Shown one piece after another: positions 1 to 13,293 of a stretch of 64,000 bases of DNA. This DNA is from Ylistrum balloti. Lineage: Eukaryota. Both the position numbers and the translations under genes were made by a program. The notes below the pieces were generated by a model, which did no database searches, was not told the DNA's origin, and was given only the letters and a program-made list of their open reading frames with translations. Where the stretch lies: contig NW_026782212.1 of NCBI RefSeq assembly GCF_031769215.1, positions 806,001 through 870,000 on the forward strand, in the 5' to 3' direction. Position 1 is the stretch's first letter; each line of letters opens with the position of its first letter.

Positions 1-3000
1 TTTTCTGTGCTATACTGAATAGCTGTCATATCACCGTGTGTAGAGCCTTTTGTTAGGCAGCAATGACAATGATCCACCATTAATGGAGGTTATGGATGTC
101 TCAAGCTACGTTGATCAACAACATTTGAAAAGTTCACTTCTAAATGGTGATGAGAGGAGATGTACAAGGTACGTTAATCTGGTTTTGATTTCTTTAATTT
201 AATCACAAGTTCATCCTAAGGGATGGCAACAATGATCCTAGCAGGTAATTACAAATTCCTTTAACTTGCTCTGCAAGCAAATGTCAGATTGCAAAGTGTA
301 ATTTAATTAAACGAGTGGGCAGTCAATCGGAGAATAAGAGTAATTATCGGCCGTCATATGACAAATTTCCCTGTCTGAAGTAATGGAGAGAACTAGTGGA
401 AATGACTGACCAGAATCTAGAAGGAGATCCCAGAGAGTGAATCTTTATCATTCCCTTTCTTTATTAATTGTTTATTCATTATTCTAAATATTTAACTTAT
501 GTTGTATAACTTATCTGATTAGAATGCATGAAATATTTGAAAATCATTTTTACATGGCTTTGATGTATTACACAGTCAAGTGTGTATTTGAAAACTATTA
601 ATCAAAACATCTGTTATCAAAATGTGGGATTCGCCTTCTTGATAATTCCATGATGCAATACCATATCAATAAACCTGTCAGGATAAGACATATCACACAA
701 TCTCTAAATATCCCAGGATCTCAGATTTCAAGTAATTCATCAGCATTTAGCAGCAGACAGAAAATATCACAGAACAAGCAATATCAGTGAAAATCCAAAG
801 CAGACGGAGGTTACCTAATACTGGCAAAAGTGTACAAGGATAAATAACAAAGTTGACCCTAAATACACCGCAGATGAATGAAAGAATTCGGCGCTGAGAA
901 ACAAATGGTAAATGATGAAAAGTTTCACAACTGTATAGCTAAGGAAATGAAACAAAATAAAATTTCTACCAACAAAGGAATCAGCGGATCTCTTCTACGC
1001 GTTGACCATTGCCCATGAACATGCACCAGTTACAACAGAATTGGATTTTTTTACAATTGATCATTCAATAAGTACATGAGTTTTGAAACGGCTATCTTAC
1101 CTTGTGTCTCGATGATTGGAACAACTTGCACTTGTAGCCGCAGTTATATTGCGCGTTAACCACGATATCTGACCATCAAAACAACGCACTTGATAGCCGC
1201 TTGCACACAGAGAGTGACTTTGAGGCTAATATTTGGCTTATAACTGGGTCAGTGTGCGTTAAGACAAACTGATTCTATCGCTTGTAACATAAACAGTAGC
1301 CAGAGCATGGCGATACGTGGACGTGTATATGTTCGTAAATATATAGGTCAGTGCACGTTCCGGACAATTAGGAGTTAGTAGCAGATTTGGATGGTAAATG
1401 AGAAGTTCGAGAAACTGAATGGATACATTGTTCCATACGTTGTACTAATATTACTTTAGTATGTACAATGTACCTACATTATGCCAATGTTTTTTCCTCT
1501 TGTCAATACATTATATACAATATACTGTCATTCCATCCATGTGCTTAATTGATACAATGATAGCATAATATTCTTACATACACCATTTCTGATTTACAGG
1601 CATTATACCAAGTGCTTTATAATATTACACGACATTTCACAAGTGATATCTATTGAAACTGAACAAAAACACTATATGTATAATATACATGTATGTGAAC
1701 GCAACAATGGCATTATACGAGAACACTCTGTTGAAAACTTACTGAAACGCTTTTTAATGGTGCATTCAAATGATTTTTTCAATATTCAAGTTATTTAACG
1801 TATGTTTGAACGTATCATTGATCAATGCTCAATAAATGTTTTAATCTTCTTCACAACGGGACCTATCAAAGACTAAATAATAATGCACGCGCTAAAAAAG
1901 TAACCGAAAGGAGCCTCAGAGCATCACACCCATCGATTATATAATACCTTTCAGATAGAGTGCTGGAAATTGCACATCCTGTCCCAATATCATGATAAGT
2001 AACAAGTGATCAATTTTTTTTTTTTTTAAAGACAAATGCTTTTCCTTAATGTTGCCCTCGATACTGTCACAACATTGGCATTTAGCTGAGCGTTCGTCAA
2101 CCAGGCTTCGGATTTGGTTCCCAGGCTGAGACATATGTGAGTCTTAGAGATGGTAGTTTCCACTCACTATACATTGTTCAACATTGTGGTATTATGTAAT
2201 ACGCCTGAGATTAGTGGCCTGATGAGCCTTCGACTGTGTACTTCGTTGTGATAGTACTACAGAATCGGAATCAGGAGACTTCTCAACGAGGCTTGCAGGA
2301 ATTTATCTTATCCTCCCACAGACAAACACATTCATCACAATACAGAACAAACGCATTCACCCAGCATACAATAGGTGCTGTCAGGAAATGATCTTTGCTG
2401 CTGATAAGACGATAAACAGTGATAAAAAGAAAACATTTTTTTCATTTGACGATAACGGGAATAGGCAGAAAAAGTCTCGGATACAGTAAAAACATTTCGG
2501 AATCAAGAAAAACATACTTTCTCGGTGGTCTGACCGAATAACCAAACATTGTCTGGGAACTTTCCGTTCCAAGACATATATAAGTTGAATTTCTTCCTGT
2601 CATACGTTTTCCACCACTTTATTTGAAATCATAGAGAATGCCTTTTTGAAGCTATATTTGTGCATCGTTTAATATGAAACAGGTTGATTCAATAAGTGAT
2701 TTTCACTGAAACGTAGGATTTTACCCTCATGCACAGTGCTCTCGTGGAGTCTTGTGGTGAAAAGACTTACACTATGACTAAGAAGACCAACCTTGTATGC
2801 TTCATTGGTGATAAAGTAACACTGAAAATGGGTTATTCACATTGTAATTTTGAACGAGAGTATTTTTAAACTAGTAATGTAATTGGAAGAAAAATGAAAG
2901 TACTTACTCGAACAAAGCCGCATCTTTTCAAGTAGGACAAAATTCAGAAAATACGTTTTTGATGTACACCGACAGTCAAGTCAATAGTTTAGTCATATTT

Positions 3001-4392
3001 AGACAATTAAACAATCGTATCCGAAGAAGTCTTATCTTTCACTGCTATAAACAAGACAAGAAGGCACAAATTGCAGATGCAATATAATTGCGATCTTGTT
3101 ACGTACATAATCCTCATAACTATTGTTTTACATTTAGGACGTACGTACTCTTATTGTGGAATGTTAGATCACAGTCATGGACAAACTTGTATGTTACACG
3201 TCTAACATGCATGCACATTCTACATGTGTTACAAATTCCACTGGAAATCTTCCCACATGTAGTTTCTGTAGTGCAAGCAGGAGCTAAGAACGCTTTCTCA
3301 ACAGCTTGTCCTAATATAGTGGAATGATCAAGAAACTATACGATCTAACAATACTATAAGGATCCGCACCAACAATAACAGTAATGAAGTTATGAAGGTT
3401 AAACAGATACATAAACTAAAACGTCTACCGTTATTATAGACCAAGATATTGTTGACTTATTTCATAATGTAATATCCTTGCATTTATAATATATGTGCTG
3501 AATTATGCAATGGTTTTCAATGCCAACAAGTATACAACCGTTAGCTTACCATATAATCAATAGAAGCACTGTTAATATCAAACTCCACTCTATGTATGTA
3601 AACATAAAATCTATTTTCGATAAATCCCGTCTAAACATAACTTGTAACAACATTCCGAAAACTTACCTTTGCACTCCCTAACGCCATGCTTTGGTACACC
3701 AACTTTCAGATATATTTGGGGTACATCAACTTTCAGATATATTTAGTCATATGTCAGTCAGAATGCGTCGCAGCTGACTAACCCGAAAAGTCTTTTGCAA
3801 GAAGTGGAATTATATTTGTTTCCAGGTTCACAATGATTGTTCTACTTCGGTGATAATTCGATTTTTAATCATGGTTTGATACCATCCCTGATTCACACGA
3901 TTTCTGGACATCGTTATTTTTGTCAAACTCTATGTATATGTTTTAATTCCCTTATTATTTCATACCTGCTGATTGCAGTCATAAATTGTTTTTTAGAGTT
4001 GGCATCTCTCGGATATATGTCTAATTTCTATGTTGATAGTTATACTGATTTTTGTGCTTGTCATAAATATAACCACAAATAGCAGCTACACATATATTCG
4101 ATAAGCCGATCTATGTTAGTACATTTCCTACACAGTTAATCTAAATATCGATAATACACCCTCAATTTGATTGATGAATAAATTCGTAAACAGTATTCTT
4201 ATCAACGGTGACATATCAAACTAATGCATTTTAGATTGCAAATGCATATTTTTCAAAATTTTCAGATATATGAACATTGCGACATTGATGGAATTTTGGG
4301 GAAGTGAACTTCCCCCATTTAGATTTTTACATTTTTATCGATCATTTCGGTTTCTTTAGGTGCTTCCCTGGTTTCTAAAGTTAGTCCTAAGG

Positions 4393-4432
4393 ATCACTGA
4401 TGGGCCCTAAAAGGATGAAACAGTTGTATGAT
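4393..4432 (+). ncRNA. Type I hammerhead ribozyme fold, degenerate (copy 1)
   Basis: Stem I ATCA/TGAT; core CTGATGG (A9 changed to G); stem II GCCC-TAAAA-GGAT (imperfect); GAAA; short stem III with C-AGTT-G closed by the A-U pair; cleavage triplet GTA (4426-4428). Confidence 0.6.
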
Positions 4433-4698
4433 GCGGTGTAATTCATGAGTAGACTGGACTAAATCAAAGTCGAATTTTACATTTACATTTGTGTATTCTT
4501 CGTTTGTCGTATCATGCATACCTTGCGTTAATTAATTCGAATAGTTGCACGGTTCATTAAATACATATGAATTTGATGAAATGTTCCACATTTACAAAAC
4601 ATTGGGGTCAGTGCATCTCCCCATCGTGATTTTGACTTTTCTTTCGACCAATATTTATTTACCTCAGTCGCCTCCTAAGTTTCATAATGGCGCCCGTA

Positions 4699-4742
4699 GC
4701 ATCACTGACGAGTCCTGGAAGAACGAAACATCTGTGTGGTGC
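4699..4742 (+). ncRNA. Type I hammerhead ribozyme fold, degenerate (copy 2)
   Basis: Stem I GCATCA/TGGTGC; intact core CTGACGA; stem II GTCCT-GGA-AGAAC (one mismatch); GAAA; stem III C-ATCT-G; triplet GTG, which breaks the NUH rule, so probably inactive. Confidence 0.65.
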
Positions 4743-7700
4743 AGTTAAATTCATTTTTTGCTCAAAGTCAAAATTTATAGAGAAATCAATTGCATAAGAA
4801 TCCTTACTACTTAGATTACGAACTATACAGCCACATCATAGCTCATATGGAACTGACTGCTCATGCGTTGCAAACAATATGGCATCTCGCATGAGGCTGG
4901 CGATGAAAATCAGTCACTGCATGAGTCACAAAGCAGAGAGTATTCCAGTGATGATATGATAATCCGTCCGAAAATAAGGATAAGGAGTCCGTATGACAGA
5001 TGGATTTATTTCAAATAGTGAAGAACTATATGCACCGAAACAAAGAGGAAACATCATATGTGCGTGTGAATTGAAGTTGACAAGTAAGCATGTAATGTAA
5101 TGTTACGTTGAAATAACAACGTTTAAACTATAGTGAATACATTTTGGTCTGCTCTTAATACTGTGAAACATTATTTGCAAATAATATTTTACAAGAAGCG
5201 TATTTTAATAGGCTTTACCACTGATATCAATGCAAATTATTTCCGCAGGCGTAGGCAAACGTAACTGCCTCGTTCGCAATTGATTATTAACATGTACACA
5301 TATTATTAGCGCTATAAATAGACGGGCTTTCCGAAGAATCTAGGTGGTCAAACTTTACATTCGGAATTAACTATACGTATTGAGGGAGCATCACGATATA
5401 ATTTGATTCGTAGACAATTCTAATTTCTAAAATGATGGTTTTGAAGTATACAAACGTTCTATTTACAGACTTCTTTTCCGTGTACATCTTAGTTAGTGAG
5501 AATTGTTATTCTTTAGTCTAAAATATATCAGGAATTCCCATCGACACCATAGCTCAGGAGGCACTTAGTGTGCATGCGCTGAAGATAATGCTGTTGTAAA
5601 CATTCTATTCTGAGCATTTGTTGAAATGAATTTCTGAATCAGAAGGAGGAATCATTTCTTGATACAGGGTATGTAGGTCATGTAATTAATATATTTTCAG
5701 CACTTCCGGTCACAAACAAATACATTAATTGATGTTTGTGAAGCTGGTATTTTTTTATCAGCTGTTAAACTACGACTTTAACAGCCGTACGATAGTTTCA
5801 ACACAAAACACGATTTTTTTACGTAAGTAGGCAATATGAGTACCTTTGATAATGTCATTGGGGTTAGTGAAAAAATTAGGTAAAATGATATTGTCTTATC
5901 TATGCATAAAGTAATCTTCATGTTTGAGATCGTCTTATGAATGATACGGCTTCGGTAGACGAGAATCGGGGGCATTTAACTAGGAATAAGAGGAAGGAGA
6001 AAGCTTTGTATATCACACATGACTTACATAACTACAAATCCATTCATGTACTTATTTTCTAATTATTGACCACAAACATTAAAATAATTTCCATTTACCT
6101 GCTTGGTGCGTGTCCTCCATTTTTATTCCGGAGAAGAAGTTTCGTCCTTACGTTCTCGATCGGGTAGGCCAGTGTCGAAATGCTCTTTGTCTGTGTGCTT
6201 CTTTTGTGCTTGATCTTAAAGAATTCAAATTATCTCTAAGCGTATGTATGGTCACCACCATAGCAGTTCAAACACAAATCAGAGCTAGCTAATTTTAGGT
6301 TTACACTGGACAGATAGATTAACCGATTTCCTCTTAAGGTGAGAGTCTTCTGAAACTTTAACTATCACTACGGCTGTATTTCACCGGAAGTGTTTGTAGA
6401 TCGTATGAGGGTAGTAAGAGTCAATATCAATAAGTCCCAGGTAGTTCTATGTCCAGCAATCTCATGGTCGTTATCAACTATATCACCATGGGTTCCATAA
6501 TTTTAAGTATCTTTGGACCCTCATTATCTGAATGCTTAATGCGACACTTTAGATAAGACCAGACTTGACATTGGACAACTGATATAGCTGTCGCTAATAT
6601 TTAACAAGCTAGCATGACCTAATTGTAGTTTGTTCCAAAACTTTCTGATAAACGTATTAACATCAATCTCAATTTTAAGAAATCAGACTGAATTCCAATT
6701 ATTACATTCAATATTACCACTTATTTCACAGTTAAACTACTTTGAAACAAGTAATAGAAGTAAATGTCCTATCTAAAAAGTATTTATTCTTTTATCACTT
6801 TTATTTGTCAATCACGTTTACATATACATAATCATTTCTCGTTAATAAAAACGAAATATGACATCCGGTCTTTTTTTTTTAAATCCTTAATGAATATGAC
6901 GCGGTTATATAACTTTCCCTTCAAAATTTGGGCTTTCTAGGCTTTCGTAAATACTGATATGGTAGAACCAAAAATTTCTGTCTCTAAAATGTTTATGACA
7001 AACGCTGCTTTAAGCCAGTCTAAGTGCTATTAGTATCACTTTTAATTGCGGTGCCATTGAATTTTTAAGTCAAAGAGAAGAGAGAGAAAGACACTAGAAT
7101 GGATTAAAAATAGCAAGTTGTACGGTTTGAAAAAGTTAGTGATGTAAATAAACTTTTTTATGTTTTTAAATGAACCCACGTTGCTGGTCACGTTGTGGGA
7201 ATACTTGTTTAGTTCATGGTGTTTGCTTTTCTTCCACTTTTATAATCTCATCCGTTCTGTCTCTAAAATGAGCATAGTCAATAAAACATGTAAATATCAA
7301 TAACAGCATAATAAATGTGAATATGGACATTAAATTATCATTTAAGAGACATAAATGTTCGGTCTACGGATATGGTATCTGTAAAATATTACAACTGCGT
7401 CATATGCAAGTAAGAGTTATGTCTGTGCATATTTTATCCTTTAATGAAACGTGTAAACGGTATATGACTTCATCTTTACATGATCCCGAATTTGATACTT
7501 TGAATTAGAGACTTAAATAAAAACCAAAACATATCTGGCTTAGAAGGTATATATCACATGTATACATTTTACTTTTATTGAACTAAATCCTTGACAAGAC
7601 ACATTGGTTGAATTAAAATAATGTTGTTCAATGCAAATTGTTTCGTGTTGTGAAAGCAATATTTTTCATAAGCCTCTAATTTGTTTGAGATTCACAAATC

Positions 7701-8199
7701 GACTCTGTTGCAATGTCGATGTCACTAGAACGGATAAAAATGAATAATCAACAGTCACCTGTAAATTGGGTTACATGCACAGTGTGGTAGGAAGTAAATG
7801 TAAGAATACTGTACACGACAACAATTTTTCAAAGCATTTGTTAGGATAAGACTTCCAATGACCATGATCTATCATAAGATTCTGTTACGAAGTGTCGTCG
7901 AATCGCAAAAAAAAATGATCGGTATTTGGTATTCTTTTTTCGCAAGACATGTAATTTTTGTGTTAAACTAGACAGAAATATTATAGAATCTAAACCAACA
8001 CTGCGTTACAAGTAACGAGAAGTTGGAAATAAAAAGTAAAAAATTGGACATGACAATAATTTTTCAATGCATTGATCACGACAAGACATCTAATGACCAT
8101 TATCAATGATACGATATTATTACCTGGGTGTCGTTGAATCGTAAAAATTGATAAACAAAATAATTCGGCGAAGCACAGTCCCTCAATGACACGATATCA

Positions 8200-8515
8200 C
8201 CAATATGAAGTTCTAGTGACAAGAAGTGTAGGAGATAGAATCCAGACAAGTAGGTCAAATTAGGTCAAACTGTTCCAATTTAAGTAAGATTGACCTACTT
8301 TTGATCTACGACACACCACTTTAAACCATCTGAAGTACCAGTGACAAGTGTAGAAGATAATAGGGGAAAAGTTGTTGGTCCAAGGTCAAAATTTAGTGAT
8401 AAGTATTGAAGGACTTAGACCCCGGCACGGAAGTGAGCAGAAAAAAAAGGAAAAGACATTCGAAGCTATAGTAACTCACTCCCTTCCCGAGGTCGGTTCC
8501 CGGGGCAGGACAAAA
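8200..8515 (+). mobile_element. Possible HINE-like 3' part (degenerate core repeats plus GC-rich terminal hairpin and A-run)
   Basis: Two degenerate copies of gaagt(t/a)c(t/c)agtgacaag...gtgtag(g/a)agata, ending ctatagt...cccgaggtcggttcccggggcaggacaaaaaa. Confidence 0.3.
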
Positions 8516-8899
8516 AATATGCCTACTGCATTCACACATTAAGGACTGTTTATTTAAACACACGTTTGTACTTGTTTTCAATGTTGCATACGCTCTAAAT
8601 ATTCAGTTATCTCGGACTCGCCTGTACATAATCTCCAACGGTGTTGTGACACTATATATTCAAAACTAGAACATGCTTAAAGGCCTGGAGTAAAGGAAAA
8701 CTTCTATTAATACTTTATGCAAAATATCAGCATGACATGTAATATAACAGAGTTCTAGTTCTATGTAAAACTAGACAAAATTATAGAAGAGTCTAACGCA
8801 ACAAGTAAATGCCACCAGAATCATAATCCAAATTCATATTCAATAAAACCAGAGCAAGATATGAACAAAAGAAAGACTTGCACGACGACTCATGAAAAA

Positions 8900-9545
8900 G
8901 TACAAGGAGAAAAGCCCAGGTGCTCCGGAAGGATAAGCGTCTTCTGCTTGATTGATGACACCGCTGTGTATAACTTAGTCAATCATACTAAGTAATGTCA
9001 CATTCCCAGATGAGAATATGTTATACAACAATGTCCATCTGTATTTCGCACATTGAAAGAGGATATTTCTCAATGAGATCCCTCTGTAAGCCATAACACT
9101 TTTTCATCAACCTGCTTGTTTTGAAAACATACGTGATGATTTGGCTCGCCAGTTGACGATGTCTAGCACGAAAATAGTGATATTGGGACAGTCCTTTGGA
9201 TATCGAATATACTGTTCCATGCCAGCACCATTGGTTGTGGATGCGAAAATGTTGAAATGGATGATTATATAGATGTTGGTTTCCATGTAGGACAAAATGG
9301 AGAAAACGACCAATGTAGAAGAGTCTTTCATGTTCCAATACTGATGGGTATACTAATGGATGTTGCAAATATGTCATAGGTGTATTGCTATTGGTGGACG
9401 TCATCAAAAAGGTATTTAAAAGTGAAATTGGCTTTGTTAAGAATTTGTCACTTTCTGTCTTGATAAGCTCTTGGATTAGTTTAGCGTGGTATGAATACAA
9501 AAGCAAGTCAGTCAACAGAGGCTATAATTAGTTCCAGCAGGTATA
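8900..9545 (-). mobile_element. Penelope-like retroelement relic (RT C-terminal half plus 3' tail)
   Basis: Frameshifted translation gives IPAGTNY (GIPMGTNC-like), DLLLYSYHAKLIQELIK, KYLFDDV (YIDD-like), IRYPKDC and SQYHYFRARHRQLASQIITYVFKTSRLMKKCYG...DLIEKY. These are followed by the tail motif shared with the 26713-26749 copy. Confidence 0.8.
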
Positions 9546-11740
9546 TGCTAATAGTCTCATTAGTTGCCATTTTTGAAAGACATGTTTATTTGATCTTAAA
9601 CTTTTACAATAATCTGCATACCTTAATTAACATGTTTGCACGTGTTTAGATCATCTTAGAACTATCACCTGGTTTGTCTAATGTATTTTCTGTAATTTTA
9701 TAATACTAAATAACAGCGTCTATCTTGCTTTACCATTAAAATCTGTTTTCCAAATGTTTACGATAAAAGTATGTTTCCTTTATATAATTAACATGCGTCG
9801 GAGTTGTTGTACCTTGTACTTTGAACACCTGTTAACATGTAGAAACGTCAGACCACTTGTTTCAAACTGACATAACTGCTTTAGTGAATATTCTGTCTAC
9901 TTAATTGTTAAATATCACGGCGACGGCGTTGTAAACGGTAGATACGATAAAAAGAAAACGGTAGGTATTCCTGAAGGGCGAGTAGGAAATACTTGAATAG
10001 TTATGTAGCAGGTTTCATAGTCAAATCTAAGGGGAAGAAAACGACAGGTCTAGTTATAATAACGTCACAATGGGGGAAAGCTTTCATAATCTTTTTGATG
10101 AAAAAAGAGACAACAACCATAGTTATCATGATTTTTATATGAATAATAATAATTATATAAGAGTCAGACTGTAGAAAAACTACTAATCACCTACTATTTT
10201 ATAAATGCCATTGTTATGTGCATTTTCAAATGTAAGCAACAGTTAGCAGACACTCCAATTCGTTTGACTCCTGACGCATTGTTTAATTAGGAAAAGTCTG
10301 AGCGCATTCTAAAAACTTAAATTAATCATAATGTCGAACACACAGTCGGCCACTTTAAAGATGTTTAACATGGTTTTTACATTCATTATTCTTATTTTGG
10401 TCGCCATGAATTAATGAGGTCGTAATATCCATCGGATGGGAGCCGTCTCAAAGCACTTTGTAGCTTTTTAAAACAATTGTGACTAGTCTTTTTTCTAACA
10501 AATGACCTTTAAAGATTTTATGAACATAAAAAGCTACATAGCTATTTATTTCCATTTATATTTGGTGTCGCTTGCTGAAAATTATCCTTCTTCGCCGTCG
10601 ATAAATATACTTCTGGTTTATATAGTGTACTAGCAGCACTTTTCAAAGTCGATAACATTGGACGTTGAAATTCTTTTTCCCTTCCAAAACTGCATATAAT
10701 GATATTTTAGATCTACAGAAAACCTCTTTTCCAACAAAATCTACTCTTGTTAGAAGGACTTTTGGCAATGTTTCACTTATACCTAGAATTTCACAAAGTA
10801 CAGCCAAAACAGTAGATTGTATTGAAGACAAATTTGAAAATCTCCCTGTCTCTACTGATAACAAGGATACAAATTTTGGTGATATCATCTTTGGTTGGAG
10901 GAGTAAAAGATGCATATTGCATATGAAGATATTAAAAATACTTCATACATAACAGCCGAATGATAAATAAAAAATGTATTGATACAGACGGTACATTCGA
11001 ATTTACAACAATTATCAAAAAGAGTATATCCATTATTAAGCAGATCAACAAAAATTGTAAATTACGCTACATGTGATCGAAATGTTTCCCATCTATCAGA
11101 AATAACGTTATCTCCACCTATTGGATCCTAATGACCAAATCAGTTCCGTCTCTCATCATATAGTTATCCTACACGTACCTAACAAAGTAATAAGTAATCT
11201 ATGAAAAATAAACATATGCTTATGTAGCCAAATGAAGTTTGATGAATTCACATAATATTTAAATATAAAATAATTTTGTCTTTCTAACGTAATTGTTATC
11301 TAGTTCCAAAGATTCAGTAAGGAATCCGGGTACATGTATTCTAATTGATTGTACTGCTGTTGTAAAATCCTTATATACATGTAATGTATATAATATACAT
11401 ATAAATTAATCTAGTAGTTATGGAATGCTTTCGATATTGATTTATAAACTTTGAAAAGGGGATAGCTTTGATGTTTGATGAATATGGATTAATTTTTCAG
11501 TCTTGGTGAAGGTTTGCTGCTTGTCGTGGAGGCATCAGGCCAAGAAGACATTTGTTTGAGTGAATAGTAAACCTAACCTTTTTTTACATGTCGCACTTGA
11601 TTGGATATTCAAAGGCATGTCTCATTATCACGATTTTCGAACAAGATGCCGGCAATCAGTAAACTCACAATATAGGGTATCGAGAGATGAAGGTTGATGA
11701 AAACAATGTATCACATTCATCATAATGATCTGATTGAGAT

Positions 11741-11777
11741 GAAGCAGATGGCGCTTATCTTTCTGGAACACCTGGTC
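11741..11777 (+). repeat. Isolated copy of the Penelope-like 3' tail motif
   Basis: gaagcagatggcgcttatcttttctggaacacctggt aligns with 26713-26749. Confidence 0.65.
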
Positions 11778-13172
11778 ATATTATCCATGTGAATCTTCCC
11801 ATTGTTCATGAGTTTGTTGGGTTCTCTTCGTTGTTCCCCTGCAGGTGATCTAAATGTTGTAACATGGGAGGGAGTAACAACTTTTCAATATACAGCGAAC
11901 TTGGCTGATAACAATATACCAGGATTTGTAAGATTAATGTCAGGTTTCAAAGTCAGGGTTTTTACTACCAATGACCAAGTTCTGAAATCTAGAAAGTTTA
12001 ATTTAGAACTCGTGGACAAGTAGAGTGAAAATCCGCTTTGGGAAAAAGCCAGTGTACGTCTCAACCCTAGAACTAGACAAGCACTTATCTTACCCTGCAC
12101 AGGTAAATTTCCAGTGTGAGATTTCCTTGTGATGTGATCCGGAAGTGAAACTACATTTATGTTGCCACACACATGCGCTAGTTCGTCTGCAAGTGAAGTC
12201 ATGTGCTATTCTCAAAACTGAAAATATTGTGTTACATTTGTATCATCATGATTGAAGCTCATCTTAACGCAGAACTTATTATTTGAAATATAGAATAAAT
12301 ATCAAAAGTATAATTTTATTTGACATTTTATTGGCATATACACTAGAATTATATTTTGTGAGAAGCGCGGTCCTCGTCAACAGTTCATACGCCATCCTAG
12401 TCTTTTTGTTGACTTCGTCTTGCACTCAGACCAATGAAAAAAGGTAAGAAAAAAAAAATGCCATACCTCATGTTTGTAACCATAATAATCATCCCCCATC
12501 GGGTTTTAATACCCTTATCTCACTCTAAAGGAAGTGATTTTTTTCCAGGAAACACCCTTGTTTATTTATACTGTCGTCACATTTTGTAACCTTTAGATTT
12601 TAGACAAACATTGTTACTTTTTACATGCAGGTGATGCAGTATATAAACTACATATCGTTACAGTACATCGTCCTTTTAAACCACCTCAAGCTAAGGATAT
12701 GTACAACACCAACAACACAACAGGTCAAGGTAAAACTGAACATTTTAATATAACAATATAATTACTTGGCTAAACCAAGGTTCATATCCATTAAAAATGT
12801 TTTATCGTACATTGACAATCAATATTGAGCTTATATAGCTTATCTAGTCGTTGTATATGATGTATAGACATTGCATTAATTTGTATTAAAATTAAATTGT
12901 ATTATTTCACACCGTTAAGAAATGTCTTCCTCTGTGCCCAAAATCTTATTCTCCATCCATGGATGGAACAAAACCCAAGTCACAGTAACAGATAAACAGT
13001 ATTTATCTTAGTTTAACATACTAATGTCCAAAACCTTGATTAAAGTGTATTCACAAGAGAAAACTTTGATATTGGGAATTTTTACATAATCGGTTTTATT
13101 AAAGACTGCTGGCAGACCTAAGACATAAATAGCATTTAAATACTAATTATAGTATTATCAGCATGATGTAGC

Positions 13173-13293
13173 CTATAGTTTAGAGACCATGTCACCATCA
13201 GCGTTCGACGTAACATTTTCATCATCATGGACATACGCTGTATTGATGGTGGCCAGGGTAGTTTCATCCTTTTTCTTGCTTTTGTAAGCAGAC
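13173..13293 (-). CDS. SLC22: SLC22 exon 10, cytosolic tail ([39 protein letters not shown])
   Basis: Acceptor atccag, phase-compatible with exon 9, TAG at 13175-13173. An AATAAA lies on the minus strand at 13100-13095. Confidence 0.82.

Noticed and set aside
57-168. Possible plus-strand exon (GSNDNDPPLMEVMDV...)
   Set aside because: AG/GT boundaries and an open frame exist, but there is no recognisable homology and no convincing partner exon.
2219-2300. CTGATGAG as a third hammerhead
   Set aside because: No GAAA follows a plausible stem II, and there is no stem I/III closure.
10643-12202. ORFs of 73-105 aa at 10643-10952 and 11802-12202
   Set aside because: Both strands have similar-length ORFs, no family motif is recognisable, and part of the region is a Penelope-like tail copy. 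The evidence is too weak to call.
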